Notes: generated from the sequence alone by a model not told the origin. A stretch of 64,000 nt of DNA from Verrucomicrobiota bacterium (GCA_038209745.1 JBBQXJ010000004.1:1-64000), one strand, 5' to 3'; positions 39,887 to 50,320 are shown, counted from the first letter of the stretch. Program-made: numbers and translations.

Positions 39887-40705
39887 TCATTTGTTTTCCC
39901 GACTCAGCGTGATTCCGTATCCCCGCCACGTGCTCGCGAATTTCTCGCGGGATTCCCGGACCAGTCCCACGTCTGGATCGGCGACGAGCACGTCCTCGTC
40001 GGACACCTTGAGCACCACGACCCAGTGGTCCGTCAGCAGGCCGAACTTCACCACCACCATCGTCAACCCCGCTGCGGCCAATTCGTCCAGATCCTTGAAC
40101 GGGCGCAAATCCACCTTGAGCCCCACGCCGGAGAACTTTTCGCGGAGCACGTCGGCCAACATGTCCGGTGGTGTGCCGGCCGCCGGACTGGTGAACGCGA
40201 GCTGGGCCAGTTCCCCTTCGTCCGCCCGGATTCCAAGTCGCCGGAGCGCGGTCACCGCGGCGGCGGGGCCGCACGTGTAGTCGGTGTTCTGCCGACAGAC
40301 CCCGTCGGCATCGATCCGGGTCCGGAGCGCCAGCAGTTCCCGGTTGCTGAGCGCAGCGGAGAGGCAGGGCCAGACGGAGAAGGCCAGCAGTCCACAGATC
40401 ATCATCACGACGACCGCGGATCGATCCCGGGGCCGGGGCAGCTTGGGTAAAACGGTCATGAGCAGCATCGGAATGGCCACGGCTCCCACGAGGTATCGCT
40501 GGCGCCCCATGACCACCCATGAAAAGGCCGAGTGGAAGGCCAACCTCGGAAACCGCGCCGCGACCATGAACGCCAAGACGACGATCATCGGCCCCACATA
40601 CCCCGCAATCCACCAGGGCGCCGGCCTGCGGGAAAGCCACCCGCCCGCCATCGCCCCCAGGGCCGATAAAACCACGACGATCAAGGTCTCAAGCCACGGG
40701 TTCAT
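39887..40705 (-). CDS. Membrane protein with a C-terminal peptidase C39-like domain (no ABC module)
   Basis: About 4 TM helices, then QNTDYTCGPAA (Gln/Cys), DHWVVV (His), VLVADP (Asp). Confidence 0.85.
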   Translation of the reverse strand: MNPWLETLIVVVLSALGAMAGGWLSRRPAPWWIAGYVGPMIVVLAFMVAARFPRLAFHSAFSWVVMGRQRYLVGAVAIPMLLMTVLPKLPRPRDRSAVVVMMICGLLAFSVWPCLSAALSNRELLALRTRIDADGVCRQNTDYTCGPAAAVTALRRLGIRADEGELAQLAFTSPAAGTPPDMLADVLREKFSGVGLKVDLRPFKDLDELAAAGLTMVVVKFGLLTDHWVVVLKVSDEDVLVADPDVGLVRESREKFASTWRGYGITLSRENK

Positions 40706-40818
40706 GGAACGAATCCCCCACCCATGATCGGACGCCATGGGCTTCGTCGCGGCCGTCGCTCCTCATGTCGAAGAAGGAGGTATTGGCGCCCAATGCGCCC
40801 AGGCGTCGGGTCCGTATT

Positions 40819-40974
40819 TCAGGGTCCATGCCCATACATGAAGGGGGCAATGGCGCCGTTTTGGCGGAACAGAAGGAGCATCGCCAGCCCCGCCAGGATC
40901 AGGACCAGCGGCAAGAGCCACCATTTCTTTTCCTCGCGGAGGAATCGCAGGAATTCTTTGCAGAGCTGCCACAT
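40819..40974 (-). CDS. DUF5989 family small membrane protein (51 aa)
   Basis: EFLRFLREEKKWWLLPLVLIL...GAIAPFMY signature. Confidence 0.85.
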   Translation of the reverse strand: MWQLCKEFLRFLREEKKWWLLPLVLILAGLAMLLLFRQNGAIAPFMYGHGP

Positions 40975-41134
40975 GCCGCGGGCAACAAAAGGGGTTTGAC
41001 GCCGAAAGGCAATCGACAATCAGTTTCCCCGAAAGTCGTTGTCACCGCGTCCCGCAGGCAACGAAGCCGTGGTCTTTGTCATGACCCGGCCAGTTTTCTC
41101 TGTCGCGCGAATCGACCCCGGAACAGACTTTCCC

Positions 41135-43411
41135 ATGCCCCGGTCGAACCACGAGAAGCCCGCGCCAGCGGACGGCCCAGCAGACGTCAAAACGCCTTCG
41201 CTCTCCGCCGGTCGTCGCTGGATCTTTCGACTCGCCGCGCTTCTGATCATTCCCGTTCTGTTCATCGCGGTCCCCGAGATCGGGCTCCGCATCGCCGGCG
41301 TGGGCCACCCCACCGGATTCTTCCTGAAGAGAAAGATCGGCGGCCGGCCCGTCTACGTGGAGAACGCGGATTTCGGCCTGCGCTTCTTTCCACCGGAACT
41401 GGCGCGGACCGCTTCGCCGGTCGTGATGCCCGTGGTCAAAACTCCCCGCACCTATCGGATTTTCATCCTGGGCGAATCCGCGGCGTTGGGGGATCCCGAG
41501 CCGGCTTTTGGCTTTGGCCGATATCTCGGCGCATTGCTGGGCGATCGCTATCCGGGAGCCAAGTTCGAGGTGGTTTGCACGGCTGTGACGGCGATCAACT
41601 CCCATGTGATCGTGCCCATCGCGCGGGATTGCGCGCAGCGCGACGGCGATCTGTGGATCGTGTATATGGGCAACAACGAATTCGTCGGACCGTTCGGGCC
41701 GGCCACGGTGTTCGGAGCCCAAACCCCAAGCCTGGGATTCATCCGGGCCAACGTGGCGTTGAAGAAACTCCGCCTGGTCCAATGGTTGGAGGCCGCGCTC
41801 GACAAGGAGAACGACGAACCGGGCAAAGCAGCTTCATGGGGAGGAATGAAGATGTTCCTGGACCACCAGGTCGTCCCGGGAGATCCGCGGCGGGAGACGA
41901 CCTATCGCTATTTCCAGAGGAACTTGGACGACATCCTCGACCTCGCGGCGGAAGCCGGCGCCAAGGTTGTGCTCAGCACCGTCGGCAGCAACATCAAGGA
42001 CTGCGCGCCCTTTGCCTCCACGAACTCCGCCAGCCTGACCGCAACGGCCGCCGCAGACTGGCGACGCGCCTATTCGGACGGCCTGACCGCGCTGGCCAAC
42101 GGGAACCACGCGGCGGCGGCGGCGCAGTTCCAGGTCGCGGCCCAACTCGACGACACCTTCGCCGCCCTGCACTACGCCAACGCCCGGTGCCAATTGGCGC
42201 TGGGGAATCGCGACGAAGCCGCCCGGGAATTCGAACGGGCCCGCGATCTGGACACCCTCCCCTTTCGCGCCGATACCCGGCTCAACAAGATCATCGGCCA
42301 AGTCGGGGCCCGGCGCGCGGGGCCGATGCTGGCATTTGTGGACGGAGCCGCCGCCATCAGCGCGGCCAGCGGGCAGGGAATTGCGGGAGGAGAATATCTC
42401 TACGAGCACGTCCACCTTAACTTCGAAGGCAACTACCTCCTGGCCCGCTCAATGGTGGACTCCGTGGCCCGGCTGCTGCCCGCATCGATCACGGACAAAG
42501 CGCGCCCCGGCGGGGAATGGGCATCCTTCGACGAGTGCTCGCGCCGGCTTGTCCTGAGCGACTGGGATCGGCGACGGGTCTACGACAACATCTCCCATCG
42601 CCTGGCGGAGCCGCCCTTCATCAACCAGCTGGACCATACGAATCAGGTCGAAAAGATCCTGGCGGAGCTGGCCGCGGTTCGGTCGCGCATCGATCCCGCG
42701 GCGGCGCGCCGGACCAAAGCGCTTTATGAGGAGGCTCTCAAGGCTGACGCGAGCGACTTCCACATCATGGGTAACGACGCAAAGTTCTTGGAGGACATCG
42801 GCGACCTCGACGGAGCGATCGCCGCGTGGCAACGGGAGAGGGACCTTCTGCCTTTCGAAGCCGCCCCCTACTTCTTCCTCGGCAAACTCCAAGCACGCAA
42901 AAAGCGAACGGACGAAGCCTTGGCCAACCTCTCGGCGGCCCTTAAAATTCGGCCGGACATCGAGGAGGCACTGGAAGAAAAAGGCCGCCTGCTGATCGAA
43001 ACAAAGCGCCCTGCGGAGGCGATTCCCCCGCTCCTGGAAGCCCTTCGCCTGCAGCCGAGCAACGCTCGGATCTACCTCCATCTGGCGAACGCCCACGCCG
43101 CCAAGGGCGACCGCGACAAAGCGTTCACCTACCTCCAGCAAGCCTTGGTGGCGCAACCAAACCTATGGGAGGCGCATTACTTTCTCGGGGTGGAACTGGC
43201 CGCCCAGAATCGGTTCAAAGAGGCACGCCAGCACTTCGCCGACGTGGTCCGGCTTCGGCCCGACTATGCGCTCGGACGTTTCAACTACGCGGTCACTTTG
43301 GCGAAGGAAGGAAAAAGAGAACAGGCGATCATCCAGCTCCAGGAAACGGTGCGGCTCGACCCCGGCAACCGCCAAGCCGCCCAATACCTCAGAGCGTTGC
43401 AGCCGCAATGA
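41135..43411 (+). CDS. Membrane-anchored protein with an SGNH-like domain and multiple TPR repeats
   Basis: TM helix, RIFILGESAALG, YMGNNEF.GPFG, LYEHVHLNF.GNY, C-terminal TPRs; start uncertain (41081 or 41135). Confidence 0.85.
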   Translation: MPRSNHEKPAPADGPADVKTPSLSAGRRWIFRLAALLIIPVLFIAVPEIGLRIAGVGHPTGFFLKRKIGGRPVYVENADFGLRFFPPELARTASPVVMPVVKTPRTYRIFILGESAALGDPEPAFGFGRYLGALLGDRYPGAKFEVVCTAVTAINSHVIVPIARDCAQRDGDLWIVYMGNNEFVGPFGPATVFGAQTPSLGFIRANVALKKLRLVQWLEAALDKENDEPGKAASWGGMKMFLDHQVVPGDPRRETTYRYFQRNLDDILDLAAEAGAKVVLSTVGSNIKDCAPFASTNSASLTATAAADWRRAYSDGLTALANGNHAAAAAQFQVAAQLDDTFAALHYANARCQLALGNRDEAAREFERARDLDTLPFRADTRLNKIIGQVGARRAGPMLAFVDGAAAISAASGQGIAGGEYLYEHVHLNFEGNYLLARSMVDSVARLLPASITDKARPGGEWASFDECSRRLVLSDWDRRRVYDNISHRLAEPPFINQLDHTNQVEKILAELAAVRSRIDPAAARRTKALYEEALKADASDFHIMGNDAKFLEDIGDLDGAIAAWQRERDLLPFEAAPYFFLGKLQARKKRTDEALANLSAALKIRPDIEEALEEKGRLLIETKRPAEAIPPLLEALRLQPSNARIYLHLANAHAAKGDRDKAFTYLQQALVAQPNLWEAHYFLGVELAAQNRFKEARQHFADVVRLRPDYALGRFNYAVTLAKEGKREQAIIQLQETVRLDPGNRQAAQYLRALQPQ

Positions 43412-43433
43412 ACGCAACTTTGGAGACCAGAGA

Positions 43434-44567
43434 TCAGTTCCCAGCCGCCATCGCCCGGCGGAGCTGGCGAGAAGCGACCAGCGGATCCAGTCGGAAAAGG
43501 ACGTAGTAGGCCAGCCGACCGCGGAGTCGCTGCCACCACGAGCGGGACCGGTTCCACGACTCGAACTCCAGCGACACCGAGTGCTTCATGTCCTCCACCA
43601 AGATCGCCCGGCCTTCTGCGGCGACCCGCGCATCGGCGATGCGCAACATCACCTCGTAGTTGATGTGGAGGCTGCGGGTGTCAAGGTTCAGCGATCCCAC
43701 ATACACGACGTCGTCCACCACGATCATCTTGGTGTGCATGATCTGGGGCTGGTATTCCGCGATCTGGATCCCGGCCTTCAGCATCCGCCGGTAGAGGCTC
43801 CTGGTCGCCATCTGCATCACCGGCACATCGGACTTCCCCGGCAGGAGCAGCTGGACTTTCCCTCCGCGTTTAACCACCCGTCGAAGATCCCTTCGGATTC
43901 GCGCCGTGGGCAAGTAGTAGGCGGACGCGATTGAGACATCCCGGGCATGGCTCAGATCCGCGTGGAGCATGCTCTTGAACGGTGTTCGACCAAATCCCGG
44001 CGCTGTCAGGAACAGCAGGCCGCTTTGATCGAGACGTTCCGCCCGTCGAAGACTGCGACGAAACTGCGCCAGCCGGGTATGCCGATAGTCCGCAGCCTCG
44101 AACATCTGGTCGACCGACCGCGCCAAAGCCGCAGCGCCGGTCCCGGTGATCTTCATCCCAAGGTCCCGCCAACCTGATTTGATCCCGTCGGACGCATACT
44201 CCCTGCCCATGTTGAAGCCGCCGATGAACGCCACCCGCTCGTCGCAGACGAAGATCTTCCGGTGATCGCGAAAACTGAACCTCTTGAGCTCGATCAGATT
44301 GAACCACCGCACCTCGCCGCCAACCGCCCGAAGGGGGTTCCAGAATGAGTCTCTCAGTTCCACGCTGCCGAAGGCGTCCACCAGCACCCGCACCGTCAAT
44401 CCCCGTTTCCGCGCCTTCACCATTTCTTCCCGTGCCCTCCGCCCGATCGTGTCGTCCTGGAAGATGTAGGTCTCCAGCCGCACCGACGACGTGGCCGCAC
44501 GGATGGCCTTGAGCATCTGCCCATAAGCCTCGCGTCCAGTCCTGAGCCAGCAAAAGTCCGACGGCAT
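43434..44567 (-). CDS. cls: Cardiolipin synthase-like phospholipase D (ClsB-like, no N-terminal TM)
   Basis: Two HKD motifs, HRKIFVCD and HTKMIVVD; GWRD; GSLNLD.RS. Confidence 0.9.
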   Translation of the reverse strand: MPSDFCWLRTGREAYGQMLKAIRAATSSVRLETYIFQDDTIGRRAREEMVKARKRGLTVRVLVDAFGSVELRDSFWNPLRAVGGEVRWFNLIELKRFSFRDHRKIFVCDERVAFIGGFNMGREYASDGIKSGWRDLGMKITGTGAAALARSVDQMFEAADYRHTRLAQFRRSLRRAERLDQSGLLFLTAPGFGRTPFKSMLHADLSHARDVSIASAYYLPTARIRRDLRRVVKRGGKVQLLLPGKSDVPVMQMATRSLYRRMLKAGIQIAEYQPQIMHTKMIVVDDVVYVGSLNLDTRSLHINYEVMLRIADARVAAEGRAILVEDMKHSVSLEFESWNRSRSWWQRLRGRLAYYVLFRLDPLVASRQLRRAMAAGN

Positions 44568-44806
44568 GGATCGGAGTGTGCCGAAGCGCGGCCGGCGGGC
44601 AAGAACCCGCTGAAACTCGGATCCTTCGGTCCATCACAGAATCCACTCCGAACCGCAGGTCGACGCTCCGGCCCCCGGGGTCAAGTCGTTCCATCCGGGC
44701 ACTCTTCGCCCAGAGGTTCGACAGCCGCGATTTCCGGGTGGCTGGCAAGGAATCCGCTGGTTTGATCCCGCGTCGACAAACCAGAAACCTCGGGCGATCC
44801 TTTTAT

Positions 44807-46960
44807 ATGCTGCCGTTTCGAAAGTTCCTCTCCATCGGCTTGTTCCTGCTGTTCGCGTCTCTCGGACTACAGGCTGCCAATACCACTGCGGAGCTCTTCC
44901 TCGACGCGGCCCAGGCACGCCCCGGTGACACGATCATGGCCGCCGTGCGGCTCAGGATGAATCCCGGCTGGCACACCTATTGGGAAAATTCCGGCGACTC
45001 CGGCTACGCCACGAAGATCAAGTGGACCCTGCCCCAAGGTGTAACCAACGGCGCCATCCAGTGGCCCGTTCCTGAGAAGGTCGTCATCAGCAGCGAAACC
45101 ACTTTCGGCTACCACGACGAAGCCGTTCTCCTGGTCCCCCTGCGGATTTCCGCCGACGCCCCCGCCGGCCCGGCCAAGCTCTCCGCCAAGGTCTCGTGGC
45201 TCGAATGTGAAAAACTGTGCCTGCCCGGCGGCGCCACCGTGACGGCGGACGTTCTCATCGGTGACAAGATCCTGCCGTCCGAACACGCCCTTCTCTTTAC
45301 AACCGCCAAGGATCACCTCCCGAAGCAATCGAGCATCGATGCGCGGGCCTACTGGGCCGACTCCAACCCGACCAACCGTTCCTTGGTGATCGAATGGAAA
45401 ACCGCCGCATCCGGAGCCGACTTCTTTCCGGCGTTGAATCCGGATGTCACGGTCTCGGCCAAGAGCGTCGTGGGACAATCGGGTCCGGACGCCCATCAGA
45501 TCCGCATGGACGTCACCCGAGACGGAGCCGGCTGGCCCAAAAAGATCGCCGGCGTCCTGACCGAGAACGCCCACAACGCAAAAGCGGCCGGATACGCGGT
45601 CGAACTCCCGATTGGCCCCGCCGCCGGAGCCGGTGCCTCGGCGCCTTCGACGTCGGATTCGGCAACACCGGCCCCCACCGGATTTGGCACCCTGCTCCTT
45701 CAGTTGAGCTTCGGTTTTCTCGGCGGATTGATCCTCAACGTCATGCCCTGCGTCCTGCCCGTCATCGCCCTGAAGATCCTCGGCGTCGTCGGACAGAACC
45801 GATCGAATCCAGCCATGGTCCGCCGGCACGGAATGGTCTACGCGCTGGGCGTTCTTGCCTCGTTCGCCGTGATGGCGGGCGTGATCCTCGGGCTCCGTTC
45901 CGCCGGCAAAACCTTTCTCTGGGGCACGCAGTTCGGCAGCCCCGTTTTCCTCGTGGTCCTCTGCTCGCTCATGGTCCTGATGGCCCTGAGCCTCTTCGGC
46001 GTCTTTGAAGTGACCCTCTCCGGCAAGGTGATGGACGTGGCCAGTCGCGCGGGATCGCACGAAGGCCTCGGCGGGGCCTTCTTCAACGGCATCTTCGCCA
46101 CCGTCATGGGCGTCTCCTGCACCGCCCCGATCCTCAGTGCCGCCGTCGGCTTCGCCCTCGCTCCGGGACGTCCGGTCTGGACGGTCTTCGCCATGTTCCT
46201 CTCCGTGGGCGCCGGGTTGGCCGGTCCCTATCTGTTGCTCAGTTTCCAGCCCGGTTGGCTGAAGTTCCTGCCCAAGCCCGGCGCGTGGATGGAGCGGTTC
46301 AAGGTCGCGATGGGCTTCCCCATGTTGGCCACGGCCGTGTGGCTGTTCACGCTGGTTTCGCCGATCTTCCCGGGGAAGGCCCTGTGGCTCGGGCTCTTCC
46401 TCGTGCTCCTGGCCGCCGCCGCGTGGGTCTTCGGTGAATTCGTTCAGCGTGGCCGCAAACGCCAGGGTCTCGCCTGGGTCTTCGTTCTCCTCCTCCTCGG
46501 CACTGGCTACGGACTGGGGCTCGAGCGCGAGCTCAACTGGCGCAACCCGCCGGACGCACTTCCTGCGGGGAGCCTCGCCCACTCGAAAGACGGCATCCAG
46601 TGGCAGGCGTGGAGTCCCGCCGCCATCACTGAAGCCCAAGCCGCCGGCCGGCCGGTGTTTGTCGATTTCACGGCCGATTGGTGCGTGAACTGCCAGGTCA
46701 ACAAGCGCAATGCCATCGAGGTCCCCGCAGTCGAGGCACGATTGAAAGAATTGAACGTCCTGAGTCTCCTCGCCGACTACACCCGGACCCCGGAAGAGAT
46801 GAGCCGGGAGATCCTCAGCCACGGTCGCGCCGGGGTGCCGCTCGTCCTCGTCTATCCTGGCAGGCCCGGGGCCAAACCCGAGATCCTGCCGGAGCTGTTC
46901 ACCCAGGGAATGCTCCTCGGAGCGCTGGCACGGGCGACCGCCGACCCGAAGGCGAACTGA
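44807..46960 (+). CDS. DsbD-like protein-disulfide reductase (N-domain, TM domain, thioredoxin)
   Basis: WHTYWENSGDSG, CEKLC, LNVMPCVLPV, SCTAP, PKPGAWM, FTADWCVNC. Confidence 0.92.
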   Translation: MLPFRKFLSIGLFLLFASLGLQAANTTAELFLDAAQARPGDTIMAAVRLRMNPGWHTYWENSGDSGYATKIKWTLPQGVTNGAIQWPVPEKVVISSETTFGYHDEAVLLVPLRISADAPAGPAKLSAKVSWLECEKLCLPGGATVTADVLIGDKILPSEHALLFTTAKDHLPKQSSIDARAYWADSNPTNRSLVIEWKTAASGADFFPALNPDVTVSAKSVVGQSGPDAHQIRMDVTRDGAGWPKKIAGVLTENAHNAKAAGYAVELPIGPAAGAGASAPSTSDSATPAPTGFGTLLLQLSFGFLGGLILNVMPCVLPVIALKILGVVGQNRSNPAMVRRHGMVYALGVLASFAVMAGVILGLRSAGKTFLWGTQFGSPVFLVVLCSLMVLMALSLFGVFEVTLSGKVMDVASRAGSHEGLGGAFFNGIFATVMGVSCTAPILSAAVGFALAPGRPVWTVFAMFLSVGAGLAGPYLLLSFQPGWLKFLPKPGAWMERFKVAMGFPMLATAVWLFTLVSPIFPGKALWLGLFLVLLAAAAWVFGEFVQRGRKRQGLAWVFVLLLLGTGYGLGLERELNWRNPPDALPAGSLAHSKDGIQWQAWSPAAITEAQAAGRPVFVDFTADWCVNCQVNKRNAIEVPAVEARLKELNVLSLLADYTRTPEEMSREILSHGRAGVPLVLVYPGRPGAKPEILPELFTQGMLLGALARATADPKAN

Positions 46961-47086
46961 CCGCCGCAGCGCCCTTCCCTGCTTCCGAATTGCGCCGCCA
47001 AATCGTCCTCGGACCGAACAGGTCCGGGAGCGACGCGGAAACGTCACTTCCCTGTCCGCCTCGGAACTTCATAGGTTCCACCAACC

Positions 47087-48232
47087 ATGAAGCTCCCGCT
47101 CCTAAGCCTCGTCGCCGTCTTCGCTTCGTTGACCCCGGCCCTCTTCGCCCACGATCCGGTGACCAAGGCGAGAACGCCGGTGAACATTCCCGACGTCGCC
47201 GGCTACCTGACGCTGAAGTGCGACTTCCACATCCACACCGTCTTCTCCGATGGCCAAGTCTGGCCGACCGTGCGGGCCGAGGAAGCGTGGCGCGAAGGAC
47301 TCGATGCCATCGCCATCACCGACCACATCGAATATCAGCCGCACAAGAAGGACATGAACGCCGACTTGAACCGCCCCTACGAGATCGCGAAAGAGACCGG
47401 CGACAACCTCAAGGTCCTCGTCGTCCACGGCTCCGAGATCACCCGCTCCATGCCGCCCGGCCACATGAACGCCATCTTCCTGACCAACTCCACCCCGCTG
47501 GAGCAGAAGGACTGGATGGACGCGCATAAAGCCGCGCAGGCGCAGGGCGCGTTCGTCTTCTGGAACCACCCCGGCTGGGAACGCCAGATCACCAACGGCC
47601 TCGTGAAATGGTATCCCGAGCACACCCGGTTGCTCGAAGCCGGCATGCTCCACGGCATCGAAGTGGTCAACGGCCGCGACTACTACCCCGAGGCCCATCG
47701 TTGGGCGGTCGAAAAACATCTCGCGATGTTGAGCAACTCCGACATCCACGCCCCGTTGAACATGGACTACCACGTCCACGACAATGACCACCGTCCACTC
47801 ACACTCGTCTTCGCCAAGGAGCGCTCCATCGACTCGTTGCGAGAAGCCATGTTCGCCCGCCGCACCACCGTCTATTCCGGCAACCGCCTGATCGGCGACG
47901 AACAGTTCCTCCGACCCATCTTCGAGAAGTCCGTCCGTTTCGACCAGGAAGCCATTCGGTTCCTGAAGAAGAAGCGCGTCACCGTCCAAGTCTCCAACGA
48001 CTCGGACATCGACTACGAACTGGAGCTCGTGTCCGCCCCTGAAGGTTTTGTCGCACCAAAAAAAGCGATTCTGGCGGGCCGCAAGACCGTCCTCATGGCA
48101 CTCGAAAGCGGCCACCGTCCGCCCGGCGCCGCCAGTCAGAACGCGCTGGTCTATCGGGTGACGAACCTCTTGGTCGGACCGGACAAGCCAATGGAAGTCA
48201 CGCTGCCGATCAAGCTGACCTTTGGGAACTGA
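47087..48232 (+). CDS. Exported PHP-domain phosphoesterase
   Basis: Signal peptide; CDFHIHTVFSDG, ITDH, GSEIT, PGHMN, WNHP, NSDIH. Confidence 0.88.
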   Translation: MKLPLLSLVAVFASLTPALFAHDPVTKARTPVNIPDVAGYLTLKCDFHIHTVFSDGQVWPTVRAEEAWREGLDAIAITDHIEYQPHKKDMNADLNRPYEIAKETGDNLKVLVVHGSEITRSMPPGHMNAIFLTNSTPLEQKDWMDAHKAAQAQGAFVFWNHPGWERQITNGLVKWYPEHTRLLEAGMLHGIEVVNGRDYYPEAHRWAVEKHLAMLSNSDIHAPLNMDYHVHDNDHRPLTLVFAKERSIDSLREAMFARRTTVYSGNRLIGDEQFLRPIFEKSVRFDQEAIRFLKKKRVTVQVSNDSDIDYELELVSAPEGFVAPKKAILAGRKTVLMALESGHRPPGAASQNALVYRVTNLLVGPDKPMEVTLPIKLTFGN

Positions 48233-48360
48233 ACAGGTGCGGGGCCAAGTTGCTGCGCGGCCCATTCCTCCGGAGGAAACGCCAGGCACGTCCGATTCCG
48301 GGCCGACCAAAGCCAACCTTGAGCTTGCCAAGGCCCGCTTGCTCACGATGATTCCGACCC

Positions 48361-48750
48361 GTGGAAACGCAGCTTTCACAGTATATTCCCGTCCTGATCC
48401 TCGCGCTGGTGGGCATCGGCTTTGCCGGCGGCAGCATCGTGATGTCGTGGTTGTTCGGCAAGATGGCCGCCCGCTTCGGCAAGGTCACCGTGACGAAGAA
48501 CGTGCCCTACGAGTGCGGCATGTTGCCGGAGGCATCGAACAGCCGGCTTTCGGTGAAATTCTACCTCGTGGCCCTGCTCTTCGTGCTCTTCGACATCGAG
48601 GTCATCTTCATGTATCCGTGGGCCGTCATCTACCGGGACATGATCGTGGCCAAGGGCTTCTACATCCTGGGCGCGATGATCTCCTTCCTCGGCATCCTTC
48701 TCGTCGGCTACGTCTACGCGCTCAAGAAGGGCGCGCTGGACTGGAAGTAG
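48361..48750 (+). CDS. nuoA: NADH-quinone oxidoreductase subunit A (stand-alone)
   Basis: PYECG, FYLVALLFVLFDIEVIFMYPWAV, KKGALDW. Confidence 0.95.
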   Translation: METQLSQYIPVLILALVGIGFAGGSIVMSWLFGKMAARFGKVTVTKNVPYECGMLPEASNSRLSVKFYLVALLFVLFDIEVIFMYPWAVIYRDMIVAKGFYILGAMISFLGILLVGYVYALKKGALDWK

Positions 48751-48772
48751 TTGGCGGGAACCCATGCAGGGC

Positions 48773-48857
48773 GGGATGCCGGATGCCAGATTCTCGATAC
48801 CGGTTTGGCACGAGGAGCCGCTTTTGAAATCCGACCTCAAGTATCCGGCATCAGCAT
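48773..48857. repeat. Inverted heptamer arrays (GGATGCC family) between nuoA and the phosphomutase gene
   Basis: GGGATGC CGGATGC CAGATTC TCGATAC CGG ... GTATCCG GCATCAG CAT. Confidence 0.6.
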
Positions 48858-48862
48858 TTCCC

Positions 48863-50296
48863 ATGTCCTCCCCCATCAAATTCGGAACCAGCGGATGGCG
48901 CGGCCTCGTCGCCCGCGATTTCACCTTCGACAACGTCCGCCTCGCCACGCAGGCGATCGCCGACTACCTGAACGCGGAGCGCAAGAACCCCGAGTCCGAA
49001 GTCTCGAAGCGCAAGCCCGTGGTCATCCTCGGTTGCGACACGCGATTCCTCGGCAAGGAATTCTGTCTCGCGGCCGCCGAAGTTCTCGAAGCAAACGGCT
49101 TTACCCCGCTCGTCTGCAACCGGCCCACGCCCACCCCGGTCATCGCCCACACGATCCGCCACAAGAAGGCCATCGGCGGCATCAACATGACCGCCAGCCA
49201 CAATCCGTCCGAGTATCAGGGGTTGAAGTTCTCCACTTGGAACGGTGCGCCTGCGACGACCGATGTCACCAGGCCCATCGAGGCCAATGTGGCGAAGCTG
49301 GAAGCCAAAGGCTGGACGTTCAAAGCCGCCGTCGTCGGCACCTACCGTTGCAAGGAGATCGATCCCAAGCCCGACTACTTCAAGGAGCTCCACAAGTTCA
49401 TCGACTTCGCCACGCTCAAGAAGGCGAAGCTGAAAGTAGGCGTGCAGCTCATGTATGGCACCGGCGCCGGTTACCTCGATGAACTGCTGAAGGAGAACGG
49501 GGCGACCGTCACCGTCTTCAACGCCCAGCCCGATCCGATGTTCGGCGGACATCATCCGGAGCCGAACGCAGAAGGCATGGAGGAAGTCAGCGCGCTCGGC
49601 CGCAAGGGTAGGATCCAGCTCGGCCTCGGGCTCGACTGCGACGCGGACCGTTTCGGCGTCACCGACAAGAGCGGCACCTGGCTCTCGCCGAACCAAATCC
49701 TCGCGCTCACCCTTTATCACCTGAAGAAGAACCGCCGCTGGACCGGCGCCGTCGTCCGCACCGTGCCCACCAGCCATCAGGTCGACGGAGTGGCCGCGAT
49801 GCTCGGCGTGACCGTCCATGAGACCCCGGTCGGCTTCAAATACATCGGCGCCCTGATGCAGTCCGAACCCATCATCGTCGGCGGCGAAGAATCCGGCGGC
49901 CTCAGCGTGAAGGGCCACGTGCCCGAGAAGGACGGCATCCTCGCCTGCCTGCTCATGGCGGAACTCGTCGCCACGGAGAAGAAATCCCTCGGCCAGATCC
50001 TCAAGCAGCTCGAGAAGACCCCCGGCCCCTACTTCACCGACCGCATCAACGTGAAGGTCGCTCCCGAGCGCAAGCAGGTGATCCTCGACCTGTTGGCGAA
50101 GGGTTTGGCGAAGGTCGGCAAGTTCAAGGTCCACCAGTTCATCACCACCGACGGCTACAAGTTCCTCCTGCCCGGCGGCGAATGGGTCGCGTTCCGCGCC
50201 AGCGGCACCGAGCCGATGATCCGCTGCTACATCGAAGCCAAGTCCGAGACCAATCTGAAGGCGCTCCAGACGGCTTGCCGCAAAGTGTTGGCTTAA
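48863..50296 (+). CDS. Phosphoglucomutase/phosphomannomutase family protein
   Basis: IKFGTSGWRG, TASHNP, DCDADR, TPVGFKYI, GGEESGG, RASGTEP. Confidence 0.95.
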   Translation: MSSPIKFGTSGWRGLVARDFTFDNVRLATQAIADYLNAERKNPESEVSKRKPVVILGCDTRFLGKEFCLAAAEVLEANGFTPLVCNRPTPTPVIAHTIRHKKAIGGINMTASHNPSEYQGLKFSTWNGAPATTDVTRPIEANVAKLEAKGWTFKAAVVGTYRCKEIDPKPDYFKELHKFIDFATLKKAKLKVGVQLMYGTGAGYLDELLKENGATVTVFNAQPDPMFGGHHPEPNAEGMEEVSALGRKGRIQLGLGLDCDADRFGVTDKSGTWLSPNQILALTLYHLKKNRRWTGAVVRTVPTSHQVDGVAAMLGVTVHETPVGFKYIGALMQSEPIIVGGEESGGLSVKGHVPEKDGILACLLMAELVATEKKSLGQILKQLEKTPGPYFTDRINVKVAPERKQVILDLLAKGLAKVGKFKVHQFITTDGYKFLLPGGEWVAFRASGTEPMIRCYIEAKSETNLKALQTACRKVLA

Positions 50297-50320
50297 ACCT
50301 CCATTCGAGTCCGCACCGTC

